Shown in pieces: positions 52,610 through 64,000 of a DNA stretch of 64,000 nt (positions within the stretch are counted from its first letter, which is position 1; each line of letters begins with the position of its first letter). This DNA is from Trichoplax adhaerens (Eukaryota; Animalia; Placozoa), in NCBI RefSeq assembly GCF_000150275.1, contig NW_002060982.1:7683-71682 (forward strand). The letters run 5' to 3'. The notes under the pieces are model-generated. The model was not told the DNA's origin and ran no database searches. It saw nothing but the letters and a program-made list of their open reading frames with translations. Position numbers and translations under genes: made by a program.

Positions 52610-54585
52610 AAGTACTGTACGGCTACAGTATGTCTGTGTCTATTGTATCATGACAAGGGATGCCAGACGTGACTCCATTCACCTCCATTGATGACAGACG
52701 CAGAGCGTTACAATGAATGAATGAAAGCTAAAATAAAAACAAGATTTGCAAGTCGTCATTATCACGCAGTAATGGCGAAGTTTGTTTGCTGTTACGATGT
52801 ATTTAGAAATCTGAACCTATTGCAATGACATTCCGTGCTCAATTATTTCTTAATAAGACATAACTAACTCACGAAGGGATACGAAAACTATACAGTACAG
52901 TAAATCAATTCGAGATCAAGGTTCTTTCAGATCTTTAATTTTACATAATCAATAATCAATAATCAATTATAATGTAATTTAGTAAGGTACTTTCGTCAAG
53001 TTAAATGCGCGTACAAGATAACCGTCCATATTTTTCAGTGACTAAAGCGTACCTTATTGTCAATTTTTCGCCATAAGTTACAATTTTATACGAGCGCTGA
53101 ACAACGATAATGACTAATTTTACCATAACCGCATTTCCCCTGTGCTGTAAACTAGAGCAAGTATGACAATCTATCTATTTACTGTAGTCCTTGAAATGAT
53201 ACCAAACGAAACTTTTACAATACAACCGCGACCAAAAAAAATAAAAAATAATATTTTGACTCCGTGCAATTTCGAGAAGTAGTCTATCAAATGGTAACAC
53301 CAACGTTGTAATGATTACTTTATGACGAACCAGGAACGAGAATAATTCGTGATTAAAGGATAAAAGTTGACAAACGTTTGGCTATTAATAATAATGTTAG
53401 TACGTATTAGCTATCATTCATATTAGGAATAAAATAAAATTACGTTTAGTGGAAACTGTACTCTACGTACTTTCAATTCAGTATCTTTAAAGCTTAAGCT
53501 AGATATTTTGAAAGTATCATCATCCTACGATAACGTCAGAATCAGAACAATTTTGCAACAGAGTTACCGTATGCTATAAAATGCAAATACAGTAAACTAT
53601 ACTTCGGACTAGCGAAATTAAATCAGTCTTTCAGCGCTCCTTTGGAAAATTTATACGGCCTTTGTTTGAGTCTATTTTATCGAAAGTAGTCAGACTTCAC
53701 ACATAGATGTTACCCTAAATTAATAAAGGCTATCAATTAAGGCAAAAATAAAAAGGCAGTAAAAAATTGTACGCTATTCCTGGTCATTGGCGACATACGT
53801 ACGTGCAGCACATTAAAACCAGTGTTAGTTAAAAATGTTAATAGTATCAGGATTGAGCCCTATAGTTCTATCTAGTGCTTCCAATTCGTTTTTAACATAG
53901 TATTGAAAGAAGATTTTAAAACCCTACAAAGAAATTTTGCCAGCAAATGCTGCGAGCTACTTTGTAACAATATTTATTTTCGAAGCCAAAACTGCTGTCC
54001 CTGATGGCTGCGATCATTTTCAAATTGACAAAGTACAAATGTGATCGTCGTCTATCACTGAAGCAAAAATTTACTCTCTTTTCAAGCAGTCATTCACAAT
54101 AAAATGACTTGCATAGCTATTACACAACGTTAACCTATATCCTTTTCCTTTACAACAAATATATCCGTAAATGTTTGACTGTCCAGCAGTGGGTATGCTG
54201 TATATATATTTATACTGTGCTGTACAGTATGGATGATACGATTTGAATTTGTTCCATGCTATCCGATATAATCTGCGCACTAGAAAGTTTTCATCCGCAA
54301 ACTGAAATTGTCAGATTTTATTCCGCGATTCAGTATTCCCTTACTCGCCTATTGATGAGTATAAGTACTCCGTAATCATTTTACTAATTCCACAAAATAA
54401 CTCGAACACCGGGCTCATTTGAAGGTTGAACAAATTTTATTTTGTTGTATTATCAAGCTCAATATTTCATTACAATTACAGGAAAATTGAATTTCTCATA
54501 ATAACTAGCATTAGCAGTAATTATTTTGAACAGACTCTCGATGACAGCGTATATTAGAAAGGAAAATTAACAATTGGTTTTCTTA

Positions 54586-55992
<1,407 letters not shown>

Positions 55993-56049
55993 TCAACAAA
56001 AGTTCGTTTGACGTAGAGTTCTGTCGGCAAGGGATTGTGATTCTAACTT

Positions 56050-56141
56050 AACTGATTTCCTCGAGGCTTTTTTATACCTTCTGGTAATATCACGTGATCG
56101 TCACTGCTTGTGCAGTCTGTCATTGGTCGAAACGTCTAGAA
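56050..56141 (-). promoter_or_regulatory. polyubiquitin core promoter: TATA box, E-box, CCAAT, HSE-like element
   Basis: Minus strand TATAAAAA from 56076; TCAGTT Inr-like at 56055-56050; CACGTG at 56091; CCAAT at 56126-56122; GAAacGTCtaGAA at 56129-56141 (one mismatch to the HSE consensus). Confidence 0.6.
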
Positions 56142-59100
56142 CGTATTTACTTAGATAAGCGCAATTGTTTACCAGGGTAATGACAGTACGGTACAGTAAT
56201 TGACCTATGAGGCCGCTGGGGGATGACGATGCGAAAGTGCAGTGTACAGTATGCAGTATTGTACTGGATGTGCACCATCATTACGGTACTGACTTGTATT
56301 TGTTTTTAGGATCAACGCTACCGTAACGAGTCACTACCGTGATCGATCGTCAAACAAAGAAAGAGTCATTGTCTACAAATCAATCGAGCGTTCATACTGT
56401 ATTCCTCTACGTGGGTTATCAACATTGACACAGTGCGCAGTAAACACAGGCAGTGTACTGTAGTACAGTACTTTGACCTTATACAGTACAGTACAAGCTT
56501 GAATATTCATCAACATACAGTATAGTACTGTACATACTCTACAGTGAACAATTCCTAGAGAAACATTACACATTACTGCCGGTGCTGTACTGTACTGTAC
56601 TGAAGGTCTTTTTAATTAATGAATTAATGAATTTCACAGAGCGATCCTGTTACGTCATTGTTATTTTAAGATGGCCCATTGGAGTTAGGCAAACAGGTAA
56701 AACTGCCTGTGGCAAAGGGTAAACAGGGGTAATAGCCATTCGTGTAACTGCTAAAAGCAAGTTTATGGTAATGAGCAATCCTGTTGGGGCCACAGAAAGA
56801 CATGTTAGAGTAGCGATTTTTCACCCCAACAAAAGCTATAGTAATACACGTAATGTGATGGAAAGTTCTATAAATGAATATTTAAAATTGAGAATGGCGT
56901 CTCATAAACACGGTGATAGAAAAATGTCTAAAAATGCTCTTCTATACCCTATCAGGCTACGACACATGATACCATTAAAACTCCTTTTAATGGAAATGAG
57001 TCATTACACTACTAGTCACGCTGACAAAAAAATGAAATCTCGTCACTTACTGTATAATGATGCAATAGGAATAAGAAGGAGCAACATGATTGTCGCTTAG
57101 CGTAGGTCTAATTTTAGCGAAAAACCGGGCTGATAGCAGTCAACACAGCAGGCGGTACGAAAAGCAAATGTCCATTGCAATCGATTCAAACACGTACTGC
57201 ATTCGAATTCAAGGGAAGACAGAGATAGAGTAACTCTCCTCTTACGTCAATTATTCTGTGGAGTTGGTGAACAGAATCTGTAGCACAATTGTCGAATAAA
57301 GCAATCTAAAAAAGATTGTTGGTTATACAAGAGATGAAACTTTTATGAAGATTTAAAAAAACGAGGGTAATGTGGGCCCCACAGACAGAATCGATTAGTC
57401 GTAAAACAAAATGTCTACTTAACGTCCATTATTCCTGTGATAGAGTGTAGCAACGCCAGGGAGGTTATACTGTAAGTCTATCAAATAAAAGTTTACATTA
57501 TTTGGTGTACGTGGTGGCAGACGATTGTATTTTTAAGGCTAGCAAGAATTAAGCGCTGCTTGCATCAGCGTCTTTGCATCGCAATAGAATACGAGTAGAT
57601 GCGATCCGAAGCAATATTGATACTGAGTGATTACAGAAATTGATAAGGCCTTGCTAATTCATTACTGAAGCCAAGTGGATTGTATTTGACTGGAATTTTG
57701 ATCGCAATAAGTTGTAATTGCCTATTTAAAACTACCTGTTACCCACGTCGTTTATGAAAACTCACTGAAATTGGTAACCCGAAATGTCGTACCATTATAG
57801 AGTTATTAATAAGACGAGTAATCACTTTTGAACATATTGAAGCTGTTATTAACGATGGAAATAATTACAACTTACAGTATTTTCACGCATCAATCTTGCT
57901 CCCAAGCAATATCCAATCCATGACGGTAAAGTAAAATGAAACTGGAGACTGAAAGAGCTTCAAAAAATGAGATACGGATGTGCACAGTAACACTATGTTA
58001 CACTCGTATAAATAAATATAATATAAAATACACGTATTTGATCTGACTTGGTGAATGCAGGTTGCCACTACTACCCATAATTATTTTGCAACTAGATATG
58101 CCCAATAGATGATAATATTATCGATAGAATGAAAATTCTTAAACACCTTTTTCTTGTACTGTACTCTTATTTTTCAGTCTGAACATTGAATTCTGCAATT
58201 AGCACATCATTTTCTGAAAATTTAAAATCCATAAGCAACCTCCAAGCTTGGAATTATTAGGCAACAACAGATTTTTATACTCGTATACATACAAATATTG
58301 CAATCTGATAATATCTGGTATAACGAATTCTCTGTCCTGTCGACTGAGTAAAGAGTCATAGAGATGACTGTGTGCTGAGTACAGCAGCACCAAGTTACTG
58401 TAACATGTAATTATATTATCAGAAAATCTCATTCATACAGCATGCTATTAATTTGCTTATGTCTAAGTAGACATAAACATTTTTGTACACATTACCATCT
58501 AGGTGTATAATTTTAGGATTTACGTCGGAAAATTATTTGAAATACAATGTTAAATTGCCGCGATTTGAGAGAAACCCCCAGCCCAGCAACTTATCTTTAA
58601 AATGATAACTCCGATCTTTTAAAGCCAATGATTCACGCGTACGATACATTAAAGGATAGCTATCGTAATTGACTGGCGTGGACTAAATAATACTGACTGC
58701 ACTTCAAAACGGTGTTTCAATAAAACAGGTTTTATTGTAAATTTTTGTTTATATATGTTTGATCGCTGAAATTATTAAGTATCATGGTTTCAATCTTGTT
58801 AACGTACTGCAAGAGTGCGAATCATGGACTTTAGCTATTTCACACTGTAGTAAACCGATGTTTCGTCAAAGGTTTTATTAAATCGATATCTTGGTATAAA
58901 TATGCTACAAAGGTTTGAGATCGAATTATTTCAGAAAGAAATTAAGAAAAAGTGGTATGAATAAGAGTGCATGATGACAGCATACATTTTACCAACAGAA
59001 TACTTCATTAAATCAATCTAATGTGGTAAGTTTTGGAACGACTACTGGCCCAACCTTCGGTCTGTACTCAAGCTCAGCTATATACTTCGAGCAAAGTAAC

Positions 59101-59244
59101 AACTATCAGGAAAAAACTAACTCTGATAATTAATTAAACTTCAATTAGTTATTTCAACTAACCAAGAAGTTAATCTCTACGGCTGCAAAGAGCTAAGGTA
59201 CAGCATGTATATATATATATATGTATATATAAACATTAGCAGGA

Positions 59245-62200
59245 TTAAGACCAATTAGATCGCCTATAAGGAGGTCGATAAGGTTGACGGTTCGGTTTAT
59301 TTCCGCCTTGCTTTGCAGTAGTGTTAGCTTTCTTAGCAGGAACAGGTGCTGCATCGAACGTAATTCTTTTCCTTAAATGTAAAGAATGGCCTCTATTAAT
59401 TATTTTAGCTGTAGAAACAACACACATACGTATATTAGTACCCACCGTTGCCCTTTGCTTTCGTTCGGTAGCGCCGTAGACGCACTGTCAGCCTATTTCC
59501 AAAGGAAAGTAGTTATTAAACGAGTACCACACATGTAATTATCATCACTAAATGCATTTAAATACCGTATAATAACTATAATGATAAGCGTATTCGGTTA
59601 TCTTCTAATAACCATAATTCTTATATCAATTAAACGAAGCAAAGACACATATTCTTGATTATTACTTACTGTGGATTGCCAGGATAGCGTTACTTGCGTC
59701 TTAAACGAAAGAGGATTTCGGAAAAAATCCTGGTAGATTTTATAAAAACAGTGTAAAGTCAGTATCTCCAATTGCTGCTGTTTAACTCATCATTCATTTT
59801 AACAAAGCAACAACAAGATACCTTCACTAAATTTGTAATATTAGTCATGGTCTTGATGGCTTGGAGCTTAATCTGATTCTATAAAAAAAGTACAGATTGA
59901 AGATACTATGTGACAAAGCTATTAAAATGTGAAACAGAGAAAAAGTATCCATTTATCTCACGTGTCGGGTCTTAAATTTTTATTAAACTGGCTACATAAA
60001 ATTCATTTATGTGATTATATTAACCTTTTCCAACTTCAATGCCGCGGCAGTCCTTTCTTGTAGAAAGGATCTCAATCGCTTTGTATAATTTTGACAACAC
60101 AACGTAAAATACTGTAGTCTTAAACAAAATACAGACATGAAATTACCAAATGGTACCAAAATTATAAATCCAAACACACTTGCTATTTGTGATGAATGGC
60201 TTACCTCTTCTTGAAATCTTTGAACTTATCGCCATCTTCGCTGATAAATGTTTGAGACTAAAATAAATTTAAATTTTAAACTGCTTTGAACAATTTCTTC
60301 AAAGTTCATAGAAAGTTAATTAGGTGCCTAATACTACAATTAATTAACGCGTACAACTGAAAATGATGGCCTCTTAAAATACTATGCCGTAGTTACTTTA
60401 CCTCACTGCACAACCGATGAAAAGTATACAATAAGCATTCTACATAAGAAAACTGATAATTAGGCTCAGTATCATTGGACTCCTCTTTCGCCTCTTGACT
60501 ATTATCTGGTGGTTCAGGAAGATATTGCTGTAAGGGAAAAGTATTCTTATTAAGAAAGTTATATATACATTTATTTATACCTGTAAAGAACTAAATTACT
60601 ACGTAAAACTTACGATCAAGATCGGATACAGCAAAGGTGCACAAGCCTCTGCTACTGTAGTATCGTGACAGCCATTGCTAATTTCAGCGTAACACTTTAG
60701 TATCGAAAGTCGTTCTCCTTCACCATCAATTGAATTTAATACTGGTAAAACATTTCTCGTAACGTACGTCATCAGTTGAGCTGACGACGAGCCTGCTTTC
60801 TGTAACATATGAAAGAGCAAATTGTTAGTACGTGTCTTTATTATCTTACACTAGGAAACTTGTTAACAATGTAAGCAACCTGTATAAACGGAATGGTAGA
60901 TTTCAGGCAAGACAAGATGCGACCAACACTATTGCTATCTTTAGGCTGTACAAGTCATACATTAAAAATAAAATAAGTTAGATATAACTATATTCAGCGG
61001 AGACGCACAATGAAATATCTCAATGTAAGTTTTATTCAGGATAAGGACGAGACTGTTGTTTAATCATAGCAGAACGGACCGAAAGCAGAACATCCGCAAA
61101 AGGTTGACTGCTAATTAGCCGAGAGTATATCATCATAACGGAAAGATAATCCGAATTTTAAATTAATCTGGGCTTAATTACTAAGTATATTTGTAGTTAC
61201 TTGCCTTGAATTGTTCCTTGACTTCAATTTGTTGCATGATTGCGTCTACAGCCACTTGCGGATTCTTCGTGGTATATTTCAATGACTTTAAAATTTTCAT
61301 CAGATCAGCAAACTCTTCCTCTGTGACATCGTTACCTAAAGCCTACAATAATTATTTGTTATATAATACCATACCTTTAAGTCGCAATAGATAGGTACCA
61401 ATTTTTGGTGATGATATCAATATTGATATTATATAATAGAAACGAAGTAAATTATAAATTTAGATTTAGTACGTTTTTAATCTGCTCCGCTAGAAACCGT
61501 TCATTGTCTTCGTTTGAGTTAAATAAAGTCCCTTTCAGCTCATTTACAGCTACTTTGAGGCATGCTATAGCACATCGACGCATACAATTCAAGCCTTTGC
61601 CTTGTATTTGAGCATTACTTTTGATATGAGAGAAGATAACCTCTAAAACTCCTGTATATCACGTTGTAATAAAACTCTGGTCAGATCGAATACCACAATA
61701 GATTCTAGTATACTACTTTGCATGATAAAGCTTAGCAGGACAGCAAGTTTAGCAAGCTTTCTTATTGAGATTAATATAGCTTTTTAAATATATTACCAGT
61801 AGGATCAGCAACCAATAAAGTAATCATACTTCTTCTGCACAATGTCACTTCAGCATCAATATCTATTATTTCGAAAGTTATAAAATTCATCCGTCATTCT
61901 GTTCGTTTATTAACGGAGGTAAAGCAAACACAATGAGCAAAAAATTTAATGGGCAGCATACTGTTGCAGCCTACTATGTGTTACTTCGCAATATATAAGA
62001 TGAGCAAATGAATAACCATTTAATACTTCCTCCAGTATTCCGATATCCATCGGCTAGAGTTTCGATAATATGATTACTAGTTTAGCTAAGGAATATATTT
62101 AAAGTATTTCCTATTAATAATTATAAAGCATCCAACGAAGGTAACACGACTAAAAATAAAGTGACGTTTAGTTCATCGTACGCATTATCCACAGATCATT

Positions 62201-64000
62201 TAGCAAAATTTCGCAAAGTAGTCAGAACATGAAATGGCTGCCCATGTAATTTCGCTTTAGCACTGATACAACATTCATGCAGATGACAATGCTAAAGCCG
62301 TATTAACCAGTTACGCATTTACCACGTTATTATATTTGGTTACAATATCTTTGTCTTGGACAACTAATTCTATCTTAATCTTTGCAAGAAAGATTAATAT
62401 GTATACGTATGCAAGAGATCAAATTACTTCAACTAACCTGTTACCAAAAACTGCGTCAGGATATCAGCTACCCGCTTGCAATATTGGCTATCGTCCTTAC
62501 AAAGTTCAGGAAAATGCTTTACAGCAGCCTTCCGCACCTAGTAATAAGTAATTTCATACAAATATTAATTTTTATCATTAGTCTAAATACTTACTTGCGT
62601 ACTTGCATAAGCTTTTATGAGTGATTTATTCCATTTACTAAATAAACTAACACTAACAATTGATAAATTGGCTAAACTAGTTTAACACTATTGTTAGTAT
62701 CCGATAATGAAAAGTAGACTGACAATGCCAAACACTAGCGTCTACAAATGTTAGGCAAATATAAAATACTATACAGCAAATTGAATCACTAGCCCAAGAC
62801 GAACAATGCCATATTTAGATACAATTTAGGGAGCTTAGAGATTTCAATTTATAGCTGGTACTAGCCATGACCTCTGGTGTTATTGGATATGAATGCTAGT
62901 TATCAAAGAAGTCACGTCTATTCTAATGTATCATTCACTGTACTGCAAGTATGAAACGATACTAACATTACTTTCTTCATCTTCAATTAAATCAATCTGC
63001 TTATCGAAGGCTTCTTCAGCTAAATCTGGGAAATGCTTGAAGAATTTAGGAATAAATGAGGCTGAAAGTAGCTTCTCTTTCGAATCGCCTTGCGTAGCTT
63101 GCAATATAATCTTGTAACTTTCGGCATGCTACAGATAGAATATAATCAATTAATTCAAAGAGCAACCCAAAACTGAAATTAAAATTGATCTTCCAAGCGT
63201 TTCGAAAGTACTCGTGAGTTTAAGAAAAGCCTATCCATTACGTTGTAACGATCTACTATGATATCCGTTGCAAATATTATAGGGGTGGTAAGGTAAGCAA
63301 TCACGATACATAACCGTTCCATTTAAATGTAAAATATTACTTCGATCGAATTGATATGGTCAATATTTTTCAACGCAGTATATTGATGCACATCAGAACA
63401 CCAGCCATGATTCAATTTCACCAATCTCGATCATTATCTTAATGTACAGTCATACTATGTACTATGACTATCAACAGTTTGCTGCCATTCCTATGCAAGT
63501 CTGCAGTAATTAATATCAATATAAGTAGACTTTAAACATTGGGTTCAACCAGGAATACATAACCAGGCTACTCAACGATATCATGGCAACGGTTTGGACA
63601 AGTAGCCAATTGGACGATCTTGAATGTAGTATTGTACGCGTATAGCACTCTCTCACTGCATCTACATAGCCCAGCATAGCCAAAATTTGCAAGTGTAAGC
63701 GATATAGTAGTATACTACGCTCACTTACTGAGCTATTCAAGGAAAAAAGCCATCAATAATGTGTTACTACTACTGTCCATGACCTATTTATCAATCGCTG
63801 AAGCATCCTCTCCTACCCTACCGTATCCTACTGTACTACAACAGCAATGTGCTACAGCCATCCTACTACAAAATGGTTGCCATGAAAAAATGGATATCTT
63901 TCCTTGTAAGATTTTATTTACCTTGAAATTTGCTTATCAAATTACTGCAGCTTATACATAATAAATTGTGCTGTACCTGATTTTTATCAGCAGCATCTGC
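59245..64000 (-). CDS. API5: Apoptosis inhibitor 5, multi-exon, 5' end beyond window
   Basis: Exons ADAADKNQ (63977-64000) / HAESYKIIL..KEKLLSASFIPKFFKHFPDLA / VRKAAVK..RVADILTQ / DVTEEEF / FSYVECLLYTFH / DFFRNPLSFKTQVTLSW / ..YRPPYRRSNWS*. Confidence 0.93.
60946..61204 (-). other. GC-AG intron in API5
   Basis: Exon ends ..CAATTCAAG|GCAAGT; next exon PKDSNSVGRIL is phase 0; the GT 4 nt downstream gives an immediate stop. Confidence 0.75.

Noticed and set aside
56765-57100. 111-aa plus-strand ORF divergent from polyubiquitin
   Set aside because: No recognisable motifs or exon structure; plausible by chance
63516-63740. ORF as candidate API5 exon 1
   Set aside because: The homologous exon-1 end (ADAADKNQ|GT) is at 63977-64000, so this ORF is intronic

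Overview
AT-rich eukaryotic (animal) genomic DNA. Short GT-AG introns, compact housekeeping genes and an intronless GPCR array suggest a non-bilaterian animal, most plausibly a placozoan (Trichoplax-like); this is an inference, not a database match. The left domain (about 1-30 kb) is gene-poor. It holds three paralogous rhodopsin-class GPCR genes (minus strand, no coding introns), at least five TG...CA solo-LTR-like insertions (four with exact 5-bp target-site duplications), a hAT-type MITE and a 154-N assembly gap. The right domain (about 30-64 kb) is gene-dense: C12orf4/FERRY3 (intronless, -), ZDHHC17/13 (+), Caprin (-), a reticulocalbin/CREC EF-hand gene ending HDEL (+), ELP4 (-), a 6-unit polyubiquitin (-) and API5 (-, runs off the window end). 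The main observations are: (a) ELP4 directly abuts a reticulocalbin gene, with Caprin, API5 and ZDHHC13/17 nearby, resembling the human 11p13 PAX6/WAGR neighbourhood without a Pax gene; (b) dense TACAG/CTGTA arrays mark the 5' ends of the housekeeping genes; (c) sense-oriented solo LTRs lie upstream of opsin-like GPCRs whose ATGs are preceded by splice-acceptor-like sites; (d) there is a candidate U12 intron and a GC-AG intron. Exon structures were derived by hand translation.
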